Part shown: positions 36,946 through 50,800 of the stretch, piece by piece
Layout of the letters: every line of letters starts with the position of its first letter
Position numbering within the stretch: the first letter of the stretch is position 1
Source of the DNA: Blasia pusilla
Lineage: Eukaryota
Direction: 5' to 3'
NCBI GenBank assembly: GCA_050084515.1
Contig: CM114271.1
Coordinates: forward strand, 4,464,001-4,528,000
Length of the DNA stretch: 64,000 nucleotides
Notes under the pieces: generated by a model
Database searches by the model: none
What the model saw: the letters and a program-made list of their open reading frames with translations, nothing else
What the model was told of the DNA's origin: nothing
Position numbers and translations under genes: made by a program

Positions 36946-39900
36946 TTAGGAAAGGTGAATGCCAAGAAGGGATTAAAGAATAAGGGGTGTGCCCTTATAA
37001 GATAAATTCACTTAGACACTAGACACCCTCACACGACATGAGTATTATGACATCACCTCTAGCGGTCGCATCTCCCATCGTCTGAGCCCGCTTAAAAAGT
37101 CCATTGGCTTGGGCATACTATGAAGATGCGGAGACCCATTGTTTATGAGGAGTGACTAAGAATAACTTATTTCTTGCATAGAGATGATGAGTGCAATATA
37201 TGAGGAACAAGTAAAACCTCTTCCCCATAGCCCTATACATGTTTATGGCTAGGGGAATGAATCAATGTCCTTTGTGAAGTTGAATATAAAGATTGGTCTT
37301 CTTTGCCGCCACTCCTTGTCGTTGGGTTTAGGCTAGTTTTACTTTGGGGAGTTCCCTTTCCCATATTTTATAGGGGTGATTTAATTAATTATACATTCCA
37401 TATGCAACAAATTTAATAACCTCGCCAGATTTTGTGCATGTGAATCTCTACATTTCTCTCTTGTTTTCAAAAGTTTTATGGATGATTCAAAGCCCATACA
37501 AGGATGCTACTAGGATGTATCTTCTCTTTACATTTTGTTCAACTTTGTCACACCTTCTATGTCACTTTCATTCCCCCTAGTCTACTTGGACGCTTCTTAT
37601 TAAATCCCATTCATTTCTCACCATCATAGAACTTTTACCTCTTTTGGAACTTAAAACCTCTCATTTTGTGGTGGTTTCTATAGATTATCTCTTTCTCTAT
37701 GGGGGCTACAAAAGGTCTTGCTCAATGATTAGTATGTTGTTATGCGCCTACTCTCTTGAACGTCGGTCTCATATGGTGCAAAAGCTTGCGTTCAGTAGGA
37801 CATGCTCACACTCTTGATCTGGACCCAAACACACCAGATTAGTCTCGGTTTGAGTCCATAAGCCTTACATTACCTCGAGTTCCTAACTCTTGGTATCCAT
37901 TAAGCTCAGCATTTGTGAACCCCTTACTTCCCAACACAGGCAAGTATTTTTAGACTAGGGACTCACTTCCTAGATAGTTGAGGCACCCTAAATGATGCTT
38001 ATGAGCTTGACGGTTCCAATTGTCCAATGAATCTAGAACGAGTCTCTAACCGATATCCAAATATGAGTTAACGCTCAAGATCAAAGATTGATATCCATAA
38101 TTTTCTCCCTTGGATTTGGCTTGGTGTCCACACCCCGAAGCCAACCTCCTGATCCATTCCATGCCCTTAGTTCACCCATCGGCTTCCCAAAGTAGAGTTG
38201 AGGTTCCAAGCACCCATTGGAGACCCTTCCCTTTGTATCTAGTTCTAGAGATCTCCAACCCCTCCCCACCATAGGGAAAATCCTCTTTGGTCGCTCCTTT
38301 TGGCCCTCAACCCAACTACCAATGTGATAGTTTAGAGGGAATCTCTCCATCTCCATTCATATGTTTGTTTGGATCTTTGGTGTGTTGGAATCGTCCTCAC
38401 CTAAGCTCTCCAACACCACCTTATTCATCCCAAAGGCACCTTGGGTCAGATTGTTATGACCTTAAAAACAAGGCAAAAACCTCAGACACTAGTCAAGTTC
38501 TAAATCCTCTTGGCGCCCAACTCTCATGGGACTTGATCTCTTCTCAAATCGTGTTTCGCGTTTGGTTTTGGTTTTGGTTTGTTGGGTTATGACCATCATC
38601 ACTTGGAACATCTAACCTTGCTCGCGTCTCACATCTCATATCTTATTCCAGAAATTTTGTCGAAACGTATCCGTCATACTCTAAGCCTACTAAAGTTATG
38701 ATGTTTGACATTGGCACACGTGTGGTCATGAGGTTCGCAACACATGTGGACTATATAAAATCAACGCTTTATCTTATGGCTATATAGAGTTCTAGATCTA
38801 GTTATCTTTCATTAACTTTGGCAATTACCAAAGATTGAGTAGGTGAATTCACTACACAAAATCTGCATAGAAACATGAAATAATTGTGCAAGGTTAAAAA
38901 ATAAATTGTGCAAGGTTGCATATCGACAAAGTCTATATCCGCATAGCTATGCCCTTCCCTAGGATGGATGGATCCGTGGGGGCCCAAGCTCCTACCACCC
39001 ACCTACAACATAAACATGGACTCGACCATCCGATATCCCGATCCAACCACTCCTTGTGACTGATTTAGTAGCCCAAACCTCACCCGAACTTGCCCGTATT
39101 AAGCCCGCATGTGGCCAGAATTAACCTACGCGGACCTACCGAGGGCACTAGACAAGCCATTCCAGACTTTGCTCCGACTTGCCATGGGCCGATGCTAACC
39201 AGGCATGCTTCATGCACATGGGCCACATGCATGCTTATCGCAAGAAAGAAGCGTGCTCGTAGCCTACACACCCGTTTGATCCATGTCTGCATCCCTTAAT
39301 ACAAACCTGCACCTGATCTCGTATCCCAAGCTCGCATGGACAACTAAGATCCCCAAAAAGAACCCGAGCAAGAAACCCATTGGACATGTCCAAACTCATT
39401 CACACATATCCATTCCAAAGATGAACAAGTCCATTTTTGGGCACTCTTTTACTTATGATGTAGGTTTCAAAGTGGATTACCGAATCTAAACAATTTCAAA
39501 TACATGGACTTGTGGAATGTTGGGCAAGTCTTTCTCATAGTAGACTCCCCTACAACCTAACCTCATGTAAAAATTACCAAAACATTGTATGGCAATGATT
39601 TCTAATCTCTTGGGCGAAGTCTCAAAAAGGATCCATCATTCAATTTGCAAAATTCCTGGTCTTCTGAGATCATGTGTGCTTGCCCTGCAAGGAGATAGCA
39701 ATTTCCAATCAGGGTGGATTGCCTATCTTTCACTTGTATATGCGCATTTTTCACCCGGACTGTAGTGCTGGAGTGTGAAAGTGACAGTGGACATTCAAGG
39801 ACTCACACTCATCCAAAGCATACATTAGAGCACTGCAACATTGAGCCTTAAAAGGTGGAGTTAGGGTATTGTGCCCAACACGAAATCCTCTGGAGCTGAT

Positions 39901-40038
39901 GGCAAATAATTCATTGCAGCAAAAAATCATCATAACCCTAAAGCCTAAAATTACAGATGGTGTTTACAGAAAGGAACATGAACCATATCAAGAGGTGAGA
40001 ATTTCACCTTAGAGAGTGATTTGCTTACTTCCTAAGGT

Positions 40039-40996
40039 TCATTTGAAAAGTCTCATCACCCGTTGACCATGGGAACTACTTCTTGCTTCCCCTATTGCCA
40101 ACTCTAGCTGTAAACATACAGCTTTCAATGTGGCATACTTTGCTTCCATGAAGAGTACCTTGGATTCTTCATCCAGGGCACCCTTCCCATCCCCAAGCTG
40201 TGAAACAGAGCTCAGGCGAGCCGGCCGTGTAGTCAGACTTAACAGGAAGGAGGGAACAGCTTGATGTCTTAAGCTCCTGCTGGACACCTGTAGAACCATG
40301 AAACAAGACTCTCAAAACTCCATCGAGAGGTTCTTTCCAGCACAAATCCAAGAAACCCACTGAAAATTGAAAGCACACCCTGAAGCAGAATCATCAGATG
40401 CCTTAGAATGTGGACAGCAACTACAAATGGAGTAGACTCATGTGTTAACTGATTATATATTCAAACTATATTCATTTGTCCTACTATAGATGCATTTGCA
40501 TCGCCCTATCTACATTAGAAGGGCTGAATCATCTGATTTACAGCAGGAGAAGGCATATGGGACATGATTTGGCAGGGATTCTTGGTTAACTCACCTGCAG
40601 GTCCAGGCGCCAGTCTAAGCTTTGGTACATGGGCATCTGCAGTATTGTTATTGAAATGACTTCCCTTATTTCTCCAACTCGTTCAACAAAGTAATCTGCC
40701 ATTGCCTGTCTCAAGGCCTCTCCAAATCCTTGAATCGACAAGAAGTCAAGCAGCTGCTGATGGGAAAGGTTTGCCCGTGCAGCTCTTGAATAGACATTAG
40801 AAACAGCAGACACTGCTTGGGCCACTGCGTCCACTGTTGTCTGCAACTGTTTTGCTGCCTTTGTAAAGCCTTTTGAACTAGGTTCACCCCTCAGAATTCC
40901 AGTTACTGCTACTTTTGCAAACTCGTAGACCACTTCACATAAAGAAACATGGCCAAAGAATTGTAAGAGAAGGAACCAGGAATTGTCATTACCCAT
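40039..40996 (-). CDS. COMMD2: COMM domain-containing protein, COMMD2-like (216 aa, 2 coding exons)
   Basis: Exons 40996-40595 and 40287-40039 join to give YQSLDWRLDLQ|VSSRSLRHQAVP...YATLKAVCLQLELAIGEARSSSHGQRVMRLFK. This matches the COMM domain pattern (WRLDVQLASRSLRQQ..P) and the COMMD2-type N-terminus (VVYEFAKVAV). Confidence 0.82.
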
Positions 40997-43859
40997 GCAT
41001 AAAAAATCCTTTCTAGAGCAGGGCGAAACTTAGAGAACTACTAGGCTGTTAAACGCACATGAATTTCTACTCAGACTAGATGGATCCAACAGTGAATCTA
41101 CACTAGGCTACAGGGAATTATGTGAATAGCCAGATCATCATGTAATCAAAACTAAAAAAGTCTGACACTCTTCTAAGTAAATTTTTTGAATTTCCGACAG
41201 ATGCGAAGGTCTTGCTGAACTCCTTAAAAAAGTCTTAAAACACTTCCAAATACAGATAAATCATTTTTTTAAATTTAGACAGATGCAACTGAGACACTAG
41301 AGTTGCACAGGTTTGAACTCCTTTTAACATGTTGGTAGTAAAGAATCATCATGACAGCAGAATCATTACCTATCAACCCTGCTACTCAACCATAAGGGTT
41401 CCAACTAACTTAAGGCCTATCACACAAGGAACAAGAATTGAGAAGGGACAATAATCCAGCGGAGTTTCAACAGGTTGATGCTATCATGGGTGATTTGAAA
41501 ACGTTCTAGATAAAAGTCTCATTCAACATACCTGTAGGCGGAACAGCAGATAAAAGCGGGGGAGGAGGCTGGACAGCAGCCGGTGGGTGTGCCATGATAG
41601 ACGCAGTGCCAGAATTGCCAACTACAGTGGCAACTGTAAGGCCAACCAGGAAGGCTACTTCATAAACAGGGCTACATCACCTGTTCAAATTTCACAATAT
41701 CCATTATATGAGGCATATGCACAATCTTTCTGGTTAGGTGAGCAGTTCATTGATACCTGGGTAACATAGGCATATTAGACTGTCCTCGACCCCTACCAAG
41801 GTTCCAAGTCCACCCACCACCTCTACTATTTGAGAGGTGTGAGGGCACCTAAGTAGACATTCTGTAATCACTAGCATTAATCTGAGAGCAACAGTTTTAA
41901 TGCGAAATCGTCTTGTCGATATCAGGTTAATTTATAAATGCAATTATAGAAATTAGCTCATGGTGATTCCAAAGAGTTAGTTTCCTGCAGCCATGATTGT
42001 TCATGTGGACTGTGAGGATTATTGGATGAGACTTGTATGAATTATCTAGTAGTACTCGAGTTTGATTACTGAGCTCCCACAGACTGAGTTCAATAAAATT
42101 TGGTTTTCTAAGGGGCTTGCCATCAGGAGTCATGACTGCCGTAGGATGGCAGTTTTGAAGTCTTAGAAGAGGTTCTTTGGTGTGTGTGAAAGTACGTAAC
42201 CTTGTAGACAAGATTCACATGGTACACAAAAGATTCCTGTATGTGTGCATCACATGGGTTCTTCAGTACATGTTGCTGAAAGATTGCATGTGGAATCGGT
42301 CAGGAATTTCCACCAAAAGATATTCACTGAAAATTAAACGATTTAGAAAACCCAGAAAACAGTCTTAATCTAGATTTAGGTCAGAAAACAGTCTTAATCT
42401 AGATTCTAAAATCCCACTATTAGAGAGAAAAGATGCTGGGAAAATTGCCATTGATTCTGAAAACAATTTAAGCAATTTGAGTTTGTCACTGCTATCTCTC
42501 TGATCAGAGCCTCATCTTGCTGATCGCAAACAAATAAGTCTTCTAAATAAATAAATAAATTCTCATAAGATGAGAATATGATGCCCAGGTAAGAGAACTA
42601 ATTATGGATTGAGTGATAGGTACCTCGTAGCCAAGCAAGGTCATTAATCCATGATGCACTACAACGGTCTGCCAGATCTGCACAAGTTTTTAAGAAAGGG
42701 AAGTGAGATGCGCAAAGACTAGCTCCAGAAGGTCAGATTTGCGTTGTAGATGGTGCCATACGACTTCAGTTCCTCACCCATTACAAAACCATTCAGTACT
42801 AAGTTAGTTTTGCTGGTAGATCTATCCATAATTGTCATCAAACCTCCCACCAGGTCGAGATTTGTCAGCGGCAATTCAAGGTTGTCGTTGTCAACCTTGA
42901 ATTGCCGCTGAGAACCTTGTTTGACAACGAGATCGTAGCAACGACTCTCTCATGCGGCAATTCTTACCGGGAGGCTATCAGCTTCTTGTAAAATAGTGCG
43001 TCTAGTGAACACACAGCGTAAATGTATCCATGTCTCCTGAGGCCAAGAAATAAGGAGACATCTTGTTAATTTTTTAAATATATCCAAGGGTAAACCTAAA
43101 ACCCCGAATAGGATTTCTACGCTGCAAATAGTTGTGGTTCGGATCCTAGTGCAAGCAATTCACTCTCCACTGTTTGCAGTAGTGCTGTTCAAAGCAATCC
43201 ATTCAAGGACTCCATCCTCGAATGAATCTCAAACCGGCGACGTTTCCAGGATCGTCTCTCTCTCACAAGAAAGCTGAACAGCAGCACGAGTTACAACACG
43301 ACTAAACGGGGAAGTCATTTCTCCGGCTGCTAAGCATGATTCTGAGCTCCAAAACAAGGCAAATCACCGGATCTTGCAGCAGGGATCCAAACTCCCGACC
43401 ACGAGAAGAAGAAAGAGGGTCGGTCAGTCCACAATCCGTTTTCACCGATCCCAGCAACTAGCGAGTACCTCGGCGTCACCATTGCTTCCGACTTCGCCAC
43501 ATGATGTCCCTGCCGCATGCCGCTAAAGGCACGACGGGCGATGCCCGAGGCGAGCAGCTTGCGCCATCGATTTTGCAAGCGCTTTGCCGCTTCCCATCGT
43601 CAAGAGATCCGTCCGTCGTCTCTTCCGACACTTCCTCTCGAGTTTCCACTCTTCTTCCCCTCCTCAGACTCCCGTGTGTTTGTCGACGTGTCCAGCCAGC
43701 TGGAGTTGCTTTCTTAACTTGCAGGTTCGGGAATCCCATATTATTTATCTAGCTATGTTTATGTTTTGATTAATACTCGAAATGAATTGTTTTAATTCTT
43801 TTATTTTGTAGAGAGTGGAATTCCACGGATTTGCATGCTTATGGGCTCATGTAGGGAAG

Positions 43860-44760
43860 AGCTCTAATAAAAAAATGGGATGATGGGTGAATCTATTGGG
43901 AGTACTAAAGGGGAGTAAAGACTCAAAGAGACGAGTACGCGATGGCTAGAATTGGCCCGGAAAAAAAAGTGCAATCCCTTACCAGCTAAACTTACCCACT
44001 TACCAATTGTAGGGAGAATATTAATAACATCTAGAGAGACATGAATAACACTAACTGGGCCTCTAGCCATGGCCTCTCCCATAGTCTAAGCCCATTAGTT
44101 TGGGCATACTCCAAAACTATGGAGATCTGTTGTTTACAATAAAGAATTAGAGTAGTTGAGGACAACCCATTTCTCTATATAGGATGAGTGTAATTCGTAC
44201 TAAACAAATCAAACCTCTCCCCCATAACCCCGTACATCTCTATGGTTAGGAGGCTTTCTAAAGAAAGAGCCAATCCATGCCAAACTTCCATGGGAATATC
44301 CCCGTCTGACATAGTGCCTCTAAAAAGTGCCTCAAAGTGGACTCCCATTAAACAAGATTGGAGCTCAGAAATGACCAAAGGTAACTGAGGAGGATAAAGT
44401 GGGAAGAACGGCTTTAGCCTTAACAAAAAGAAATCTCTATATACTCTAAGGGAAGACCATAGTGGGAGAAGGCCATCTTCGACCTGGGTTGAGTATTATA
44501 GGAGGAGTGGTATACCCGAAAACATAAATCTAGAACAAAGAAGGATGCTCCAGTGGCCCAACTCCCTAAAAAGGCTAAGTGCGCCACAAACTCAATCAAG
44601 AGAAGATCTACATCGCCAAAGGTAGTCAGCTTAGATTTCTGTCTATGAGATAACTTCCCCATGGGGCATTCTAAGGAGCCGGGTTCTAAAAGATCTCGTA
44701 AAATGTATAGAATCTTCCTACCAAAGGATCTATCGAGAGTAGAAAGGTGTCTAGACATCC
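43860..44760 (-). mobile_element. Highly decayed non-LTR retrotransposon fragment (tentative); related sequence at ~37000-37300
   Basis: Peptide ...FGDVDLL..E.VAHLAFLGSWA resembles the post-RT GG.GL...AAFL.SW block of non-LTR elements. TTGGGCATACT...GGAGA...TTGTTTA and CCCCATA.CCC..TACAT...TATGG.TAGG are shared with 37100-37260. Confidence 0.4.
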
Positions 44761-46947
44761 AAACATTTCCAATGAGATAACTAGGTCCTCAAGCAAATTA
44801 AGAGGAGCAAATGCTCACTATGAATTTCCATGATGGTGCGGATAATTATCAAGAAACAAGCCCTTGTTTAAACATCATCTTTCCAATAGAGAGATTCTCT
44901 TTGGGAGCTACTAGTATATTATCCCATGCACAGCATGTGTTTCTTGATTTAGTTTCATCAATTTTAACCTCTTTATTACGCGTGTCTTCACCATAGCATG
45001 CCACATTGTGTACATGTCATCACTAGAGGATGGGGTCATCATACCCCATCCTCTTTTAATTATACAGACAAAGTGAAAGGAGGTGAACATCTTTTGAAAG
45101 TGGAGAAACTGTTTTGCAGTTTTCCATGGGCTTAATAGCTTTAGACATCACTAGGGATCACAATACGCGTGTTGGTAACTAAAATTTCATATTGTCGAGT
45201 CACTGGAGATTGGTCTGAATCTCTCAAAAAGTCCACTTGGATGTGATCTTGGTTGTACAAGGACTGAGCCCAATGCCTTTTATATCACCAGTAAGTGCTG
45301 CAGTACAAACTTATGTAAGTAATTATTAGCATTATTGTAAAACAATTCACTTTGGTTTATTTGCTTAGTTTTGGCATGCAGTGGAACTTTCCCACAACTC
45401 CCACGCAGCAAAGAACAACTACTGGGCTTTCTAGAAGGACATAGTTTCATGAAGTGTGAAACTATGTCCTTTTCATGCTAGGGGGAGTTATTAACCAAAC
45501 ATGAATAACAAGTACTAGGGACATTGTCCAATGACATCATGCTTATTACTATGGGGCAGTAAAATACTTGGGACACATGAACATGTATCTAGAGAAGACA
45601 CATTCTCTCATCATGGAAGGCTCGCATGGTCAAGTGAGGAGTACACAATTGCAAGGTTGACAAACCTCATTACTTACCTAGTGCCCCAACCAATGGGCAA
45701 CCCCTGGGAAGAAAATGGACAAACACAAAAAAATTTCTTTTAGGATAAGAACCCTTCTGGAGAGGGAGACAACCAAGGCAAGGACCATGGGTTGGAGTTT
45801 CTATGGATTGAAAGGATACTTTTCTTAATATCCACAACTGCATGGACAACAGCAGTTCAAAAGGTTACCGATCACATCTCCTCATGAACAAGCAGGCAAG
45901 TTGATTGGGCATCATGCCAACAAAATACAATGGGGATTTCGGCAACAATACTCAATCCTCGATCTCAACCAGCATTTGCTAAACTGTCTTTTAAAATAAC
46001 AATTTAGCCTCCATTTGTCGTAAGTAAGGTGTTAATAGTTACTGGTTCAAAACTATTGACGACCAATGTCCTGATTTTAGTCATCTTAACTCCTCCCTTC
46101 TTCATGACCTACGCTCTCAATCTAATCCGTTCATTCCTCTTTTCTCACTTTGAGATTATGCCCTGGAGTATAATGCTCAAAGTATGAACCTGTTGGATGT
46201 AGATGTTGTCCAACCAGGTGTCATAGGCTAATTATGTGGAGCTGATTGTTCACACCATCTACTGATTCCAGAAATTTGAAACTAGAGTCTCATCTTTTTG
46301 AGTTCAGTAACCAAAAGTTATCAAGATGTGGATTGGTTCTGATAGCCTGAATGTGTGGGCTAAGGCCTACTACTTACCCAATAAACGAGTGCTCCCCTGA
46401 ATCTTGAAACAAAACTTGATCTCTCAATTTATGTAGTGATGTGCCAAGACTAACCACACAAGGCTCATAGATAACTGACCTCCATTCCCACAATAGAGAT
46501 ATTTCATAAAGGTTGTTGAGTGAAGCTATCAAGTGAAAAGTTGGGACCTCAAAACGACATCTCCGATGAGACAACACAACTCTGAGGACATGCACAAATT
46601 TTACATAATCAAATGCACTATTCTCACTGTGTTCCACTCTTCAATTCTCTTGGATGCTTTGAAATACCTGCAATCACTTCCCAACAAATGTGCTACAACC
46701 ACAAACTTCCAGCCCAAATACCTGTAAATCACAACACGAGTGTTTGCCTTGAGCTGTTCTGGTTCATCTACATCAAGCTTCCACATCCATTGATATAAGC
46801 GAAGTCCATGAGCATTCAGAATCTGACTGAGAATTAATACCAGGAGGCATCACATGTGTGATAACTGACCTATTACTCATGCATTATGGGTAGCCATGAC
46901 AGCTCAAGCTGTATGGGTTCCATAGGTGCTCTGATCACACACCCAGA

Positions 46948-47856
46948 TCAGGCAACTGCAATTGCAGCAGGTGCTGGCTTCCCAGGAGCTTTCACAGGGA
47001 CCTTCTTAGTGTTAGTCTTTTTCTCTAAGAAATCCTCCTGTAAAAAATTGGCATCGAATGTTGGTAAGGAAAAGAATAGGTCTGCCTGGGCCTAATCAAT
47101 GACATCACAGGTCTGCAAATGGGCAGTGGATACATAAAAAAGTACACCAAGTCACGCCAAGTTTAAAGTATCCCACTTCAATTGTCGAAAACAGTACAGA
47201 CAGCCACTTGCCAATCTGCTAAATAAGAACAGAGCAAATGAAACTTCTTCAATCACATGTGGGCACGTAAAAACAAGATTCGATGTGAGACTATTGGAGA
47301 CAAAGACACTCACAGGATTATAGATAACAGTGATGAACAAAGAGCAGCTTGGACAGCGAGCAATTTCTTCGCCTGCTCTTAGGTCAGCCTACAGTCAACG
47401 TAAACTGTGAATGAGTATCTAAAGAGTCCATTCTGAAGACGCTGGACGTAATAACTATGACATGGCCTAAACCTTCAAGAAACAAGCATCGAAGGGTGAA
47501 TTTAACCAATTCAAAACGACAGGCACACAATGTGAGACAAGTACTATCAAGCGCTATCTCTGTTTTCTTAAGGAAATAAAACACTACGACATCGAAGTCA
47601 GTACGACAATTCTACATCACATATAATCGGAAGGAATACAAGAGAAGGCTGAAACAACAACATCCACCAACACAGAAACTGGGAGTAGTTCCAATTTGAA
47701 CCATTTCTCAAAGCTAACTTTTGAGCTCACGAGATTCTAGTAAACCATTCTCACCTTGGTGATCTGGAAGAGGTCTCCACAGGGACAAGGATAGGTGAAC
47801 GCACCCAGTCCCTCACTCCACTCCATGTCCTCTATTTCCACATCATCGTACGACAT
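46948..47856 (-). CDS. DPH3: Diphthamide biosynthesis protein 3 (CSL zinc ribbon, KTI11), 88 aa, 3 coding exons
   Basis: Not in the ORF track. Exons 47856-47755, 47388-47314 and 47037-46948 give MSYDDVEIEDMEWSEGLGAFTYPCPCGDLFQITK|ADLRAGEEIARCPSCSLFITVIYNP|EDFLEKKTNTKKVPVKAPGKPAPAAIAVA*. Confidence 0.95.
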
Positions 47857-50800
47857 CCTGCGGGTGATTCACGCCAGAGAAATCATCAGAACCGCCTCAT
47901 CCGTAAATACGCATCACTCTATCAAATGGCAGCGAAAATGACAACTACCAACACTCTCCTCCTGGAATTCCCAACCAAAACCAACCCCAACTTCACGATA
48001 ATCCATACAATACTCAAGCAAATCTTCACTGAAACCGGCCGGCAACACAATCTACAAGCTCCAGGACAACACTAACATAGTCCATTCCAATCATTCCGGA
48101 ACACGCTCCAATTGACCCAAACACCAATCATGCACGCCATGGGCAAATCAAAAACCCTCCGACCCGCTCCCAACCACCCATACACAAAAAGAAGCAGTCA
48201 CAGCACAAAATTCACTCTGCCAACCTCAGAAGTCCGAGTTTCCTCCCATACAGACCAATCCAAATTAGGCCAGAATATGAAGCCTCAACCAGACAGGCAG
48301 ACCGGACCCAATACAGTGGGAGCACAGAGTTCAGAATTCACTGTGCAAGAACCTGTGAGTCGCCTACGCACCACCAGACAGCCTCTCTGGTCGACGAAAG
48401 AGAGCAGACATTCCCAGAAGGCATTAGAGAGCAGCACAAAAGGCAACGAAACCCTAATCCGTTAGTTTCCATGACCGTCGCGACGATACAGGCATGAGTC
48501 ATTGTGCATTATATTTTTCAGGGAGTTTCTTATTTCTCTTGGAAAATAAACCCCACCTAAAACTAATCTAGTTTATAATAGTAACCTAGTTTAACCTAGC
48601 AACCCATGCTCACACTAGTACTAGCACGGGTTGCACATTAGTACTTAGGTGGGGTGTTAATGTATAGACCCTGCCAGGAAGAAATATGCTGCACACAAAT
48701 TTAAAAAAGAAAACTTTGTTTGGCGATATGAAAAATATTTTGTTTCGTAAAAACATGTTTTGGAAACCATGAAGGTTCAATAATAATATAGATAGATGAT
48801 GCACATGAGAAATGTTTTTTAATACCTTTAATTCTTTGGTCTTCTTGTTAGTTTAATTACTTTTTAAATTTAACACACGTCGATATTATAGGAGCTTTCA
48901 AAGAAAGATGTAAATATCAGAGGAGGATTTCTCTAATCCCATCCTCCGTTAAATAGTAAAAATGCAAGTGTAATTAAAAAATTTGAGAATTCCCCCATAT
49001 ATTAAGGTCATAAGGACTATAATAATAATAATTTAGTTGATGATAAACTTGCCCTCCTTAAGGGTTAGGTTCCAAGGGCTAACGTCAAGCACCAACGTTC
49101 ACCGTTACGCAAGATTAGCTTCATTCTACGGTGCGGAATGATTGGAAATTGTTGAGGAATTTTTGGTTGGAATCATTGATTTTTCTCGGGGTTGTTGGAT
49201 TTTTGGAGCCCAAAATTTTCAGGCGCAAGAAAAAGGTTGCATCCTTGTGCCCTTCCAAACTTTCAAGGTTGGTAGAAATTCAAATAAACCTACTCCTATG
49301 GCAAACCCCATGTTGTCTTCTGATGAACCATCCTTTGTTCCATCCATTGTCATCTAAGGGCGCCGAATAGTTTCTTGCACTACAGAAGTGTGCCGAGCTA
49401 CTATTTTTTGGTGTGTGGAGCTATTGTTTTTGGTGTGTCATTTTGCTATGTGTCAAGTTGTTATGTTTTTCTTGGTGTATGTGTCTCACAATCATAAAAA
49501 GAAAGAGAGACTTTGGGACTTGAAGCTTCAGATTTGAATCGGCCAATTGCATAGAGAAGCCAAGGTGAATGTGAAGCCCATGTGAAGGTGTAATCCATTT
49601 TCCTTCCATTCCTTGGCAAGTGTCTAGATTACAAGATTGCGCAAAAGGTTGATCCTTTTCACGTTCGGCGTCAAGATTATTGGATTATTCAACAAGAACT
49701 ATAATAGAACCTTCATATGCCTCCAAGATCGGAGTCCTTTCTCGGAGTTTAGTTGGTCGTTTGCACCCACCACTCTCAATTTGTTGCTCCCTCGAGAAAG
49801 GACTCCGAGATCTCCTTTTGTCCATCATTAAGTTACTCGACCCATAATTTGGGTGTAAGGAATCTAGTATGGCCCCTCCATAATTTCCTAGTCACTTGTA
49901 GTCATTGTGAGAAGGTCCAAATTGCACTCCTATAGAGGGATGGGTGATCTTCATCCACCAGCTCTAGAAGAGGCTCGAAAAATACTTTGGGCACAAGATT
50001 GTAGAAGACGGCCATGGACGTCCTTGTGATGCTATCATTGACAAATTTCTTCACACTCAACACTTTTGTATGTCCCATTGCTGAAAATCTACACATCAAG
50101 CACGTCTCCAAAAATCAAGCAATTACCAGACATAAGAGAAAAAAAAATGCAACAACATTAGATGAGGGAATTATCCAGCCCAAAGGAACACAACACAAGA
50201 ACTGAAAATCACATGATTGTAGACATCATGCAAAGGTGAGCAACAATTCTTGAGAAATGTGGACAACTTGAGGAGGTCGTTATATAGTGAAGTTGACATT
50301 GAGAGACCATTGGAGAACAAATCCGAACAAAAAGAAGAGTATGTAGTCAATTGCTTGCATTGTGGAAGATGAATGCGCAAATTAAATTGACATAAGGATT
50401 TACCTCAACCATGTTTGCCACGATGATGATGAGGGAACCCTTCAGACGCTTACAGTAATCCATATCCCCTTTTTGACCACTTGAAGACCTAGGACCTCAT
50501 TTTGGGCAGGAATCGTAGCTATGCCAAGGTTGGTATCAGAAGTTAGGCCAAGCACTTTCTCTAGTTGAGGTCATGGTAGGTAGACGTTCACTTTCACTAC
50601 GGCAAGAAGATTGCCCCATACGGCCTCTATTAGATGTTTGGGAGGAAGCGCTAAACAAGGTGGCCTATAGTTCCCTCACCAGCTTTTGATTTGCTTCCAT
50701 GAATTTGGACAATGTTTCTTTATGCAATATTTCCACCCCAAGTTATTGTGAAGCCCACAACCAATGCAACTCTAGTGCATACACACAAAGATGATCTAAT

